From: Vicugna vicugna
Taxonomy: Eukaryota
Direction of reading: 5' to 3'
DNA length: 64,000 bases
Assembly: GCA_013265495.1 (NCBI GenBank)
Contig: MU057981.1
Span: 1 to 64,000 of the forward strand
Part shown: positions 11,315 through 24,345 of the stretch, in pieces
Numbering within the stretch: position 1 is the stretch's first letter
How the letters are laid out: each line of letters opens with the position of its first letter
The notes under the pieces: generated by a model
What the model was told of the DNA's origin: nothing
Database searches by the model: none
What the model saw: only the letters and a program-made list of their open reading frames with translations
Made by a program: the position numbers and the translations under genes

Positions 11315-12990
11315 GGCACAGTGTGGCCAGGGGGCTGGGAAGATGGCAGAGGCCATAACTGTGGCCGTGGTGGCGTGGGGATGGGGTCTGTCCCTTGGGA
11401 GCCAGTTACTTGCTCCCATCTCTCCTGCTGCCTGGCCTGGGGGTGGCTTCTGCTGCTCCAGGTTCCTCTTTAGGTCAGACTGCTCCCTGGAGGCCTGTGT
11501 GATCCAGTCAGGGAGCAGTGGGGACGATGAAAGCTGTGGTAGCTTTCAAGGTGGGAATAGCAGGGAGCTGCCATTTGCGAGCTGGGAGATTTGCTCCCAA
11601 TTCCCTGTACCCTGGCCTGGGGGCGGCCTCTGTTGCCCCAGGTTCTCTGGAGGAACAGCCCCAGGTCAGCCAGCTCCCAGGAGCTTTGTGCGCTGTGGTC
11701 AGGGGACTGGGGCGGAGGTGGCGGTGGTGGGAGGGGGGCTGCCAGGTGTGAGCCACTGGGTGTGTTTGCATCTCTCCCGAGGCCTGGCCTTGGGCGGCAT
11801 TTGCTTACCCAGGTTCTCCTGATGCACGTTTTAGGATTACCTTGCTCCCTGGAGGCCTGTGTTGTGCTGTCAGGGGTCTGAGGGTGGCTGCGGCATTGAC
11901 GGCGGGGGTAGGGGGCCTGCCCAAGATGCTCCAGTCTACTTGCTCCCATCTCCCCTGCAGCCTGGCCTGGTGCTGGCCTCTGGTGTCCTAGGTTCTCAGG
12001 ACGCAGGTTACAGGTCATCCTGCTCCTGGGAGGCGGGCGCGGTGCAGTCAGTGTGCGGCGGGCGGCTGCAGCGGGAAATGGGAGCAAATCCCCAGGCTTG
12101 CACGGGGTCAGCCCCAGTCATGACACCGCCGCTGCCGCCCTCTGACCGCGCTGCACCCGCCTCCCAAGAGCAGGCTGACAGGGAGAAGTGCGTTCCGCGA
12201 AGCTGGGGCAGCAGAGGCCGCCCCAAAGCCAGGCAGGGGGGGAGATGGGAGCAAGTGGACAGGGTCGCAGAGGCATCTCCTACACTCATTGCCGCTGCCC
12301 CCTGACCGCACCACGCCTGGTTCCGGGCAGCAGGCTGACAGGGAGACCTGCCTTCCAGGAAGCTGAGGCAACAGAGGCCACCCCCAGGCCAGGCTGTGGG
12401 GAAGATTGGAGCAAGTCGACTGGTTTCTGAGTTCTGGGTTCCCCTCCCCTGCAGCTGTCGTCGTCCCTTCTGCAGCCTCCGCACCTTGACTGCACAGCTC
12501 TTGCCTCCCAGGAGCAGGCAGTTCCCAAGACGTGCATCCCGCAAATCTCGGGCAGCAGAGGCCGCCCCCAAGATAGGCTGCTGGGGAGATTGAAGCAAAT
12601 CTAAAGGCTTGCATGGCAGCACCGCTAACCCACTGCCGCCACTTCCCTGACAACACTGTGGCCACTTCCCAGGAGCAGGCTGACCTGGGGAGGTGCCTCC
12701 ATCAAAGCTGGAGCAGCAGGAGTTGCCCCCAGGCCATGATGCAGGGGAGATGGGGGCAAATAGACCAATTCCCCACTGCTGCCCCAGGTTCCTGGAACAC
12801 TTGCTTCCAGGTGAGTTGGCTCCTGGGAGGTGGGCGCAGTCCTGTGGCCTGTTCTGGGGGCGGCCTCTGCTGCCCCAGGTTCACTGGTCACATGTCTTCA
12901 TGTCAGCCTGCTCCTGGGAGGAGGGTGCAGTGCGGTCATTGGGCAGCGTCAGCAGGAGGCAAGGACCTTAAGAGGACTGGGCTCTAGCCC
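11315..12990. repeat. GC-rich ~160-180 bp unit tandem array, copy 2, with an inverted block (~12115-12780)
   Basis: Unit core near 11440, 11621, 11792 and 11972 (forward); 12211, 12372, 12555 and 12716 (reverse); 12857 (forward). Confidence 0.85.
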
Positions 12991-13241
12991 AGGATAACTC
13001 ACTCTCCTCTTCTTGTTTCTTTAGGTAGTGACTGTAGTGACTTTTCCATTATAGACTATTATGAGATATTGAGCATAGGTCTCTGTGCTATACAGAAGAG
13101 ACTTTTAAAAAAAAAAAATCTATTTTTGTATTCAGTGACTGAGATTTGTAAATCTCACACTCCCAAATTTATCTTTTCCCACCCCCTTTTCCTGGTAACC
13201 ATAAGATTGTTTACTAAGTGTGCAAGTCTGTTTTGTAGATG

Positions 13242-13342
13242 NNNNNNNNNNNNNNNNNNNNNNNNNNNNNNNNNNNNNNNNNNNNNNNNNNNNNNNNNNN
13301 NNNNNNNNNNNNNNNNNNNNNNNNNNNNNNNNNNNNNNNNNN
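13242..13342. other. Assembly gap (N run)
   Basis: Run of N. Confidence 1.
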
Positions 13343-13723
13343 TAGAATAATGTGTGTCCATCCATGTTGCTGCAAATGGCATTATTTTATCCTTTTTTAT
13401 GGCAGAGTAGTATTCCATTGTACAAATATACCACATCTTCTTTATCCAGTCATCTGTTGCTATGTTTATGTTTCTTCCATGTCTTGGCTATTGTATTTAG
13501 TGGTACTGTGAACATTGAGGTAAAGGTATCTTTTCACGTTAGAGTTCCCTTTGGATATATACCCAGGAATGGAATTGCTGGATCATAGGGTAAGTCTATT
13601 TTTAATTTTTTGAGGAATTTCTATACTGTTTTCCATAATGGCTGCACCAAACTACCTTCCCACCAGCAATGTAGGAGGGTTCCGTTTTCCCCATGCCCTC
13701 GCATTTATCATCCATAACCTTTC

Positions 13724-13861
13724 NNNNNNNNNNNNNNNNNNNNNNNNNNNNNNNNNNNNNNNNNNNNNNNNNNNNNNNNNNNNNNNNNNNNNNNNNNNNN
13801 NNNNNNNNNNNNNNNNNNNNNNNNNNNNNNNNNNNNNNNNNNNNNNNNNNNNNNNNNNNNN
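13724..13861. other. Assembly gap (N run)
   Basis: Run of N. Confidence 1.
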
Positions 13862-16800
13862 TACCTCACTGTAGTTTTGATTTGCATTTCTCTGATAATC
13901 AGCGATATTGAGCATTTTTTCATGTGCCTATTGGCTATTTGTATGTCTTCATTGGAGAATTGCTTGTTTAGATGCTCTTTCCATTTTTGGACTGAGTTTT
14001 TTTGTTGTTGTTGTTTTTTCTTTTGTTATTAAGTTGTATGAGCTGTTCATATATTCTGGAAATTAAGCCTTTGTCAGTTGAATCATTTACAAATATTTTC
14101 TCCCATTCCGTAGGTTGTCATTTCATTTTGCTTATGGTATCCTTTGCTGTGCAAATCCTTATGAGTTTAATCATGTCCCATTTGTTTATGTTTGCTTTTA
14201 TTTCCATTTCCTGGGTAGACGGCCCTAGGAGAACATTGCTAAGATTTATGTCAGAATATTTTGCCTATATTTTCTTCTAGGAGATTTATGATGTCTTGTC
14301 TTATATTTAAGTCTTTAAGCCATTATGAGTTTATTTTTGTGTATGGAGTGAGGGAGTGTTCTAACTTGTTGATTTATATGCTGCTATCCAGTTTACCCAA
14401 CACCATTTGCTAAAGAGACTGTCCTTTCTCTATTGTATATTCTTGTCTCCTTTGTTGAAGATTAATTGACCATAGGTCTGTGGATTCACTTCTGGGCTCT
14501 CTATTCTATCCCGTTGATCCGCATGTCTCTTTTTATGCCAATACTTTGCTGTTTTGATGCCTGCAGCTCTGTAATGTCTGGTCTGGGAGGGTTATTCCTC
14601 CAGCTTCATTCTTTTTCTTCAGTATTGCTTTGGCAATTCTGAGTCTTTTATGATTCCATATAAACCTTAAGATCGTTGGTCCAGTTCTGTAAAAAATGTC
14701 TTGGGTAATTTGATAGGGGCCGCATCAGATCTGTAGATTGCCTAGGGCAGAATGGCCATTTTAATGATGTTGAGTCTTCCAATCCAAGAGCATGGGGTAT
14801 CTTTCCTTTTTTAAAGTCTTCTTTAATTTCCTTAATCAAAGTTTTGTAGTTCTTCACATATAAGTCATTCACCTCCTTTGTCAGATTTATTCCTAAGTAT
14901 TTTATTGTTTTGGATTCAATTTTAAAAGGGAGTGTTTCTTTACTTTCTTTTCTTGTTGATTCATTGTTCGTGGCTAAAGAGTTGTACCATTTTTGAATAT
15001 GTAATCCAAGAAGTGTGTGGAGACTCAATTGTTATAGACGCTCCACAGTGCAACCTAATGGAGCAGTGTGAACTTGTACACATTTTTAGATTCTGTAGCA
15101 TATTTTATTCCCAATTACAGATTTCCTCTTGATTGTTCATGTGTGGATTTCTGGGGCATTTATAATGTTATATTCCACATCTGCCCTCTCTTTCATACTT
15201 AGGCAATACACTCGTTCCCCTCAAAATCCATCTGTTCCTTCTCTGTGGTTCTTCAGTTTGTATCATCCTCCATATTTCAGGTTTCAGACAACAGGCATGT
15301 CTGCTCTCTTGTTGTTCTTGTCATCTTTTTTCAACTGTCATCCATTTGAAAGTGTTAATTATTGAAGATGAGAAACATCACCTTTCATGGAATCATACTA
15401 GGGCCATAAAATATTTCATAGCTGAAATCTTGGAACATCTGCCTGGGATGCTTGGCAAAAGTAAACATGGCTTGTCATTTCCCTTTCCCAGTTTGTGGAT
15501 GTGAACACACCAGCCTTCTTCTCAGTGACTTGGCTCACCTGGAACGTCGGCCTGACTGGCCCTCTGCCTGCTCCGCATAGCATTCTGTATGGTCTTGAAA
15601 ATCTGACTCAGGAACTCAAGGTAGGTTGGAGCAGAAACAGCAAGAGCCTGCGGAAAGATGACAGGAGCTTCCCAAGGGGTAGTTGCCGTAACTAGTAAAT
15701 GCTCTTCCCATTGTCCCAAGTCAAGGCTGGCAGCCACTAGGGAAATTCAGAGACTTTCTAAGTCGGTATTTTTCAAACTTGAGAACTATAATTTAATGAT
15801 TGCTCTTAAGCTCACGTACTCCCAGTATTTGGCCTAAATCAATTTTATTATGTTTCTTAAATATGTACAAACATAAAATCAGATATGAACTCATTATACT
15901 TATTAGCTCTGTAAAATAGAAAAAAAGTAATCCTTAAGGAAGCCTAAAAAAACAATAAAATTCAAATTAAAAACATTAATGTAAAATAACAGGATTTTTG
16001 CTGAAAGCCACTTGCTACTTGCAACAAGAATATGATACCAAGCGCTTCCACCGAGGTTCTTCCGTCAGCATGTGACACGTGGTAACTCAGTTCTCCCGCC
16101 TTCCCACCATCAGAACTAGACAGCCCTTTGTGAAGGGTCCTCAGAGGACATCTGGCATCGCTCAACAAGCGCACATGACTCACGTGCTCCATCTGCCTTA
16201 TGCTCAAGCAGGCATGCGAGGGGAGGTGCTGAGGCCAGGCTGTATTCCTCTCTCTGGTGCCCAGCCTGGGTTCCAGAAATGCCTACATTAACATTGAAGT
16301 TCACTGTCAAGATGAAAACAAAGTTAAAATTTCATAGTAGAATGTACTTCATCAAGAATTAATTGGAGAAACACTATTCTAGGACGTTGTGAAAGCTTTC
16401 AGTTGTTAGTGGGATAAGGAGGAAATGTTAAGGAAATTTGGGTTGTTTAGCTTGATTTTTAAAAAAAGATGAAAAGTGACTACTTATACACAATTGATCA
16501 ATTATCATTTACTGAGAGATTCTGGAATGTCCCAGGAGTGCACTCGGTTCCCTGGGGGTTTTATTGCCCCTAAAATGTAGGCACAACTCTATAGCTTAGA
16601 GTCTATGTGATTAAAAAAATAATTAAACAATAAATAATTAGCAAAAATGTATAATTACCATGTGATTTATGAAAACTTAAGAATTTTCTTTATATAATAG
16701 AATACTAGAATTGGAGAAACAAATAAGATTCAGAGTAACCAGAAAAGGTGCCATTATTAGAAGTATAATTTGTGTTAGAACTTAAAGGATAGAAACAATT

Positions 16801-17901
16801 TTAATGGACAGAATTGTTGGTGAGGCCTGGAGGAAGAAGTCTAAGAGTTCCTCACTAGGAACTGGCTGACACACTTTTAGGGAGTTTATTCTTTAATCCA
16901 GATCATGGCCTTTAAAGTAAGGCCTGTTAGCCCTATTTACCAGAGGAAGAGACCAGTCTCAGTGACAGCAAGGCTCACTAACGTTTATTGGTGAGCACCT
17001 CTGTGCTAGGCAATCGAGTAAAGCCTTACATGAATTATGCATAAATTTTACAGCAACTCCAAGAACCAGGAGAAGAGTAATGTATTATCTGCATTTCCTT
17101 CAGGTAGTCAGGTAAGGACACTAAGGCACAGGGAAGTTACATGTGAGACACAGCGTCACGTGGTTACTAGGTGCAGAGCTGGGATTTGAAAGGAGGCAGT
17201 ATAACTTCAGGGCCTGTGAGAATGAAACTACCTTTGCACAGCTCAGAGAGGGAAGGACCCGGGCCACCAGGGGTGAGGGCACATTGACCCCCAGCCCGTC
17301 CATTCATACTCTGGCCACTGAATCGGGGAGAGCCACGTGAGCAGAGGCAGAGGTGTAGATGAGCATGGCCCATACAGCAGGCATTAGAAGTCAGGTCTGC
17401 TAGTTGAAGAGAAGGCTGGAGACTTGAGTGAGGCTTGGTGACATGAAGGACAACCTTGAAAGCCAGGCAGGGGAATCTGAGTTTACTTTGCAGGCCCAGC
17501 AGGATTGTGAAGAGTTCTAATAAAGACAAATGCTGGCCAGTTATTTTCATTCTACATGGAAGGAATACAAAGAAAGAAAATTAATCTAGAGGAGCAAATA
17601 CTTCAGTAGGATGTAAAAAAAAAAATTTTAAAGAATCTTTAAGCTATGGATGAAGTACTGAAGGTCCCTCTGAAAGGACTTCCAATCTGTGGACATCAGC
17701 CAGGCCAAGGGGTTGTCACCTATTTCCTGATGGCTAGGTGTTGGCCAAAATGACCTTGATTTGCCTTAAATCTCAGTCTTTCTTGATTCTGTGTTTGTGT
17801 TCTTCCATAACTCATTGACTGTCTGGACACTGGGGATCCCATTTTGATCTTCTAAATCCCTCAGTAAGTTATCCACCCTCTTTGTTCCGTTTCTTTAATT
17901 G

Positions 17902-18500
17902 TGTCAGTGCTCCCCAGGTTCCAGCCGGCGACCAGCAGGAGCACACGTGGGGTAGAACAAAGTTGGGTTTGTGAACTTGTCACAACAAGGGACCCTGCAC
18001 ACCCTGGGTACTGGGGGTGTCTCCATAACAGGACAGTAGGAATAACTTACAGTAGTGGGTTTATGCTGGGGAACTGGGGGGAAGTTTCAAGGAAGCAGGG
18101 GTTTGTGTTGGACTGGGGACTGTCAGGAAGTGCTGTCTATAACTGGGTATTCTAGTGAAGTTTATCTAGAAGGAGGGAAGGGACAGAGAGACTAAACCTA
18201 CCATTTGGAAAGAGGCAGCGGTCACTCATATTAGTGAACTGGGATTTGGGGTCCTTCTGTGGTCTGCACAGAGACCAGGATTTTGTCTGTGTTCAGACAA
18301 GACTGTGGAGTGGTCTCATTTTTTGTTCCATTCATTACTGTCATAGAGTGATGCTGCCTACTGTTAGTGTTCTGTGAGATGGGTTATGTTCAGTAGGAGA
18401 AGAAAATGGCCTTGCTGTGAGTGCCAGGCCCGCTCCTACAGCACGGAAGCCACGCCAGGTAGTTAGAGCCCAGCCAGGACCCTCTGTCAGGGCTCCTGTC
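17902..18500. mobile_element. Old ERVL-class solo LTR (family not assigned)
   Basis: Begins TGTCAG; contains caaagttgggttt...caagggaccctgcacacc, ggaagcagggg and tggtctcattttttgtt motifs typical of old eutherian LTRs. Confidence 0.5.
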
Positions 18501-18579
18501 CGCTAAGAAAGAGGTATGAAGCCTGTAAACTAACTCTGTTGACTGAAAAAGAAGCCCTAAAGAATCAGAGTTCATCTTG

Positions 18580-18755
18580 TCTCTCCCCTTCCCAGCTACG
18601 TGATCTTGTGTAAGTTTTTAAGGCTCTTTAAGCCACAGTTTCCTACATACAAAATGAAATAATATTTACCTCATAGAACTGTTGTAAGAACTAAATGAAA
18701 ACAAAACAAAACAAAACAAAAAGACCTGACACATAGTAGTGTCTCAGTAAATTAC
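18580..18755 (+). mobile_element. MIR SINE fragment with an (AAAAC)n microsatellite
   Basis: agccacagtttcctacatacaaaatgaaataatatttacctcatagaactgttgtaag MIR core. Confidence 0.65.
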
Positions 18756-20769
18756 AGCAGTTTGTGTTATTTGCCAGATTATTCTGCACAGTGCTGTGTG
18801 TGTAATGCTCATTTGAAATAGTTTCTTTCTCTCTTCTTGAATGTGAGAAGTCTAAGGTCTTTGTGTATGAAGGGAAAATTCATTCTGTTAAATGTTCAAC
18901 CCCATGATCACTACAAGACCATTTACTAAAAGGCATGTGGAATGAAATCTTTTTCAGCATATGCTTTTGCCTCAGCGGGCCTAAGAGAGGCTCATTGAGT
19001 TGGCAGAAGGCAGTCTGAATATGCTGGTGACAGAAATGAATGAACTTCTGACCAGGGTAAGTTGGCAAAATCATGCCTCTTCTTAAAGCAGATAGATTAT
19101 ATACAATTAAGGAATATTATTTCAAATTTCTAAAGTGCAAATTTTGTTCTTCCTAAATCTGCATTTGGTGTATGAAATAGATGTATTTTTGCCTTGATAA
19201 CTTCTGTCTCAAATAAAATCCTAGAATCCAATTGTGCAAAATAAGATTGGGTACATACTTGAGAAATGTCAAGGACAATGGCTAAAATACAAGAGTGACA
19301 GTATATTGTAAGTATTCTATCCAGTAGCCTCCATGGCAAAGTTTTTATCAATTCTGGATTCCAAAAGCATTGTCTTTGGCTATGTAAGGAAAAAGAAGGA
19401 CAAATGAAAATACTTGTAGTCTCTTTGATCTCATTATGGGATTTTTGCATTTGTATAGAAATATTGTCTAAATATTCACCCACGAAAGAGGAAATCTTCT
19501 TTATCATGAAAATCCAAAGATTCTGAGACTTTTTTTAGAGTCAGAATATAAAGTCCGTGTTGCATTTACCACACTTTTGAAGGCATTGGGAGATTTAAAT
19601 GTTCACAACTGCAAGAGGATTAAGGTTCCTTCACTGTGTTAGAATGAAGAAAACAGTATAAAGCCTGCCATCTTGTGGCCAGAAAAATGCATGACCTGGA
19701 AAACTGGCCTGTAATTGAGAGATCCAGTTTGATTATCAGAGCTTTAAGTGACAATAAATATTGGCACTAGAAGACTCTTACAGATTATCCAGTCCACTTT
19801 TAAAAATAAGTCTTTCAGGCCTTGATAGTGAAATGAATTAACAATGGCCATGTAATTCACCAAATTCGAGGACCAGAGTAGGACCCAGTTTCCAGATCCC
19901 CACTGGCCAGGTACTATTTTCACCCAACCTGATGCTGAACAAGGAAAATTTCCACAGGCAAATCAAATGGATCTCTGAGCACATAAATGCTAAACAATAG
20001 CCCTGCTCTTACAAATAGGATACTAAACACTGTTTCAGAATCTTTTACTGGCAATGTGGAAAGTACAAACGCAGGAGAGTTTCTTGCCAAATGTCGTTAG
20101 ACATTAATTAGATTAATGAGTACATTTATTGGATATCAAATTAATAATTAAAAATTTTGTATTTGTTATGTGACGACAACTAAAGAAGAACTTTTGAACG
20201 GATCGTGGCAAAATAAACTCAATTCAACAAGCACATAGACATGTTCACCACATACAAAGCCCAAGCTGAGTGTTGACAGATGAAAGACATAAATGAGGCT
20301 CAGTCTGTCTTCAAGGAGCTTGTAATTTAGTGTGTGTGTGTGTGTGTGCGCATGTATGTATATGTAAACATTTAGGTATGAGGTAGGTAATATGGGACAA
20401 GTGGAGGAAATTGACAGTACAACATGAAGTAAATAAAAGTGAGAAATACAGACAAATGGAGTAATTTAATCTTGTCAAGGGTAATTAGGGAATTCCACGG
20501 AGCAGTGACATTTAATTTATTCATCCATTTAATTAATACTGAGAGTCGAACGTGTTCTAGGTGCTACAACAGAATGACAGACACCGGAGAAAGAGGTATA
20601 AGTGAAACTGACACTCTCATTGCCCTTTTTGAGCCAAGCACAGTTGAATGAGCTGAGCCTAGAGACACAAGAAATACTTCACTAAGAGAGTCAGATATTT
20701 GTTATTTTTTAGTCTACATCCTTTCATTTTTCCAGCAGAGTCTCCCACACTAAAGATTTTTAAATGGAT

Positions 20770-22335
20770 TTTGTATTTTTGAGAACTTAAGGCAAAATTG
20801 ATTGGAAAATACTGAGATTTCTCATATGTGCCCTGCCCCCATTATCAGCATCCCCAGTGTGATACATTTGTTACAGTAGATGAACTACACTGAAAAATCA
20901 TTATTGCTCACAGTCCTTAGTTTACTTTAGGGTTCACTCTTAGTGTTGTACATTTGACAGATGTTTGACATGTCTTCACCATTATAGTATTTAGAGTAGT
21001 TTCATTGCTCTGAAAGTGCTCCATGCTCTGCCTATTCATCCCTCCCTCTTCCTTAACCTCTGGCAACTACTGATTTTTTTACTGTCTCTACAGTTTTGCC
21101 TTTTCCAGATAGCATATAGTTGGAATCATACAGTGTGCAGCCTTTCATGATGGCTTATTTCTCTTAGTAATACACATTTACGTTTCCTCCATGTCTATTG
21201 ATGACTTGATAGCTCATTTGTTTTTAGTGCTGAGTAATGGTCCATTTTCTGGATGTATCATAGTTTATCCATTCACCTACTGAAGGACACCTTGGTTGCT
21301 TCTAAGCTTTGGCAATATGAATAAAGTTGCTATAAACATCCAGGTACATTCATTTTCAATTTATTTGTGTAAAAACCAAAAAGAACATTTGCTGGATCAT
21401 ATGGTAAGAGTAAGTTTAGTTTGGTAAGAAATCACCAAACTGTCTTCCCCAGTGGCTGTGCCACTTTACATTCCCAGCAGCAATGATCAGGAGTTCCTGT
21501 TGCTCCACATCCTCGCCAGCATTTGGTGTTGTCAGTATGTTGAATTTTGGCCATTCTAATAGGTGTGCAGAAGTATATCATTCTTGTTTTGATCTACAAT
21601 TCCCTAATGACTTATGTTGAGCATTTTTGTATGTTTATTTGCCATCTGTATATCTTCTTTGGTGATATGTTGGTTCAGGTGTCCTAGGAACTGAATGGTG
21701 TGTCCCCTCCAAAATTTCTGTGTTGAAATCCTAACCCCCAATGTGACAATATTAGGAGGTGGGACCTTTGGGAAGTCATTAGGTCATGAAGGCAGAGCCC
21801 TCATGGATGGAATTTGTGCCCTTACAAAAGGGGCCCCAGAGAGATCCTTTGCCCCTTCCTTGCCATGTAAGCACAGAGTGGAAAGACACTGTCTGTGACC
21901 CAGGAGGTGGGCCCTCATTAAACACCAGGTCTCTTGGGTATGTGTTCTTGCACGTCCCAATCTCCAGAACTGTGAGAAACAAAGTTCTGTTGTTTTTCAG
22001 CTGCTCAGTGTGTGCTATTTTGTTATAGCAGCCTTAATGGACTAAGGCTTTTTTCAATTTTTAATCATTTTTAAAAATTATTGTTCTTTGTGTACTTTGA
22101 ATAACAGCCTTTTATTAGATACATCTTGTAAATATTTTCCCACAGTCTGTGATTCATCTTCTCATTCTCTTGGCAATATCCGTCACAGCACAGTTTTTAA
22201 TTATAATGAATTTTAATGGTGTTGTAGCTAAAAAGTTGGCACCATACCCAAAGTCATCTAGGTTTTCTGCTATGCTATCTTGGAGTTTTATAATTTGCAT
22301 TTTACATTTAGATCTATTATCCAATTTGAGTTAAT
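20770..22335 (-). mobile_element. L1MA/MB-type 3' fragment interrupted by a MaLR LTR
   Basis: ttacagtagatgaactacac, ctggcaactactgat, ccattcacctactgaaggacacc and gctggatcatatggtaagag antisense L1 3' motifs. Confidence 0.8.
21680..22048 (+). mobile_element. MaLR solo LTR (MLT1A-like)
   Basis: gtgtgtcccctccaaaattt..gttgaaatcctaacccccaatgtga..ggtgggacctttggga..tctccagaactgtgagaaacaaa..tttgttatagcagcc..gactaag. Confidence 0.85.
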
Positions 22336-22344
22336 TCCAGTATT

Positions 22345-22980
22345 ATTTTTAAATAAACTTTTTATTTTAGAATAGTTTGGATTTACAGAGAAGTTTTTGC
22401 AAAGATAATACAGAGATTTCCCATATACTCCATGCCCAATTTCCCTTACTATTAATACCTTAGGATACTTGTCGCAACTAATTAACTAATAGTGATTCAT
22501 TATTATTTTTATTAACTAAAGACTCTATTCAGATTTTTTAATATTCAGATTTCTTCAATATTCAGATTTCTTCAGTTTTACTTAGGGGCCTTTTATTGTT
22601 TCAGGATCCCATTCAGCATACTACATTGCATTTAATCATCATGTCTTCTTAGGCTGTGTCTTCTAGACTGTGACAGTTTCTCAGACTTTCCTTTTTTTTT
22701 TTTTTTGATGATTTTGAGTTTTGACAAGTTCGTGTATTTTGTAGGACATCCCTTAGTTGGGGTTTTGCTCATGCTTTTCTTTTGATTAAAATAGAGTTAT
22801 GGGTTTCTGTAGAAAATACTGCAGAGATAATGTATGATTTTTATTACATCATATTAAGAACCCATGCAATCAATATGTCTTATTAAAGTTGACAGTGACC
22901 TAGATCACCTGGTTGAAGTAGTGATTGCCTGATTTCTCCACTGTAGAGTTACTCTTTTCTCCCTTTCCACGCTCCAATGT
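22345..22980 (-). mobile_element. Old L1 (L1MB/MC-type) 3'UTR fragment
   Basis: tttattttagaatagtttggatttacagagaag, caggatcccattcag, gatcacctggttgaagtagtg. Confidence 0.65.
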
Positions 22981-24013
22981 CATTTTTCAGGTTTTGTAAC
23001 ATAAAAAGTCTAAAAATAAGACTGCTGAAAGCAAACATCTCTTGATGAATTAAGTATGGGGAGGAAATGGAAATCCTCACTTATTAATTAACCTTGTTCC
23101 CACCAGAAATGTAACAGTCATGGTATCCTTAAATATTCAAGTCAACATGGTGAAGTTTTTCTTTCCCTGTGGTCAAGCTGTCTGATCATCAAAAGGTGTG
23201 CTGATACACATGGAATCATATCTAGAGGGTTAGAAGAAATAAATACCCAATTATGTCAGGCCAAGACCACCAGTACCTTTATGTCACAGCCATGAATGAT
23301 TCAGCAGTGGGGACCAGAGCATGAGAAGTGTAGCAGCCGTGACTTCCCGTTACCCATGGCTGCATTAGAAGAGATGATGCCTTAAGCTAGGACTACACAT
23401 TGGAATCACCTCGTGCCCAGTCTCAGCCCCAGTTGTGATGTACTTGGTCTGCAGCACAGTATGATCACTGGGGTTTTCAAGAGCTTCCAGATGATTTTGA
23501 TTCAGCCAGAGTTGCTCTTTACTCCATCCTCTTTTTTACCCCCAGCCCAATTCAATGGCCTATGACCTCTCTTTCTAAGCTTTAGGCGACCAATCACTAT
23601 TCCTAGGGCAGAGTGGACTTTGTAAATCACAGATCTGATCGTGTCACTCTCCTCCTTCGAATTCTCCATTTTGTTCAATATGACATGTGATGCTCTCTCT
23701 TCGTGGTCTGATTCTAGCTTAATTCCTTAGCCTCATCTCCCCTCAGCTCATGTCGTGGCTGTCTGGACCCTGATGCATTGAATATATGAGCCAGATGCCT
23801 GGAAATCCTCCTTGGTGCCACTTTCTTCCTCATCATTCTCCCACGTAGTTCAACCAGTATCAGATACACTGGGTTCCCCTTCTGTGTGTAGGTCCCGTCT
23901 TCACTACCCTGCTCTCAGTCAGAGTCCTAGTGTAGGGTTTCCACGTTAGCTTTCTGGCTAGTCCTCCACTTTTACTTTCATTTTCCTTCCCATTGTTCTC
24001 CAACGTGTAGCCG

Positions 24014-24345
24014 TGTTACCAAACCAAACTTGCATTCACTTGCCAGCACACAGTAAAGCCAGTCTACCAAAACCAGGTTGTGGTAAAGAAAAGTGCAGTG
24101 TTTGTTGTAGGCACTGAGCAAGGAGTCCACGGCAGCAAGTGCTTAAAAGCCCCGAACTCCCTGAAGGCTCTCAGGTAAGGTTTTTAAAGACGAGGTGAAG
24201 GAGGGGGATTGTGGGGTGTGTGATCAGCTTGTGGACATTCTCCTGACTGGCTGCTGGTGAGGTGAATGGGAATCAACATCATCAACTTTCTCTTCCAGCT
24301 GGTCTGGGGTCTCCATGCTTGCGGGCAGCACACAGTTAACTTCCA
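24014..24345 (-). mobile_element. ERV1-type LTR fragment
   Basis: tgttaccaaaccaaactt..caggttgtggt..gcttaaaagccccgaactccctgaagg..gtgtgtgatcagcttgtggacattct. Confidence 0.7.

Larger units (their letters stand above)
13025..14975 (-). mobile_element. L1 3' fragment, paralogous to 9170-11310; contains two assembly gaps
   Basis: L1 ORF2 peptides ([35 protein letters not shown]); same left junction as copy 1. Confidence 0.95.

Noticed and set aside
7441..12987. Many long overlapping ORFs in GC-rich DNA
   Set aside because: Expected from stop-codon scarcity in a CpG island and GC repeats; no domain recognised
8210..12990. CRISPR-like repeat/spacer array
   Set aside because: Eukaryotic DNA; long degenerate units with no unique spacers or cas genes
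13724..13861. N gap longer than the equivalent paralogous L1 segment, suggesting a hidden insertion
   Set aside because: Gap sizes are scaffold estimates; nothing can be concluded
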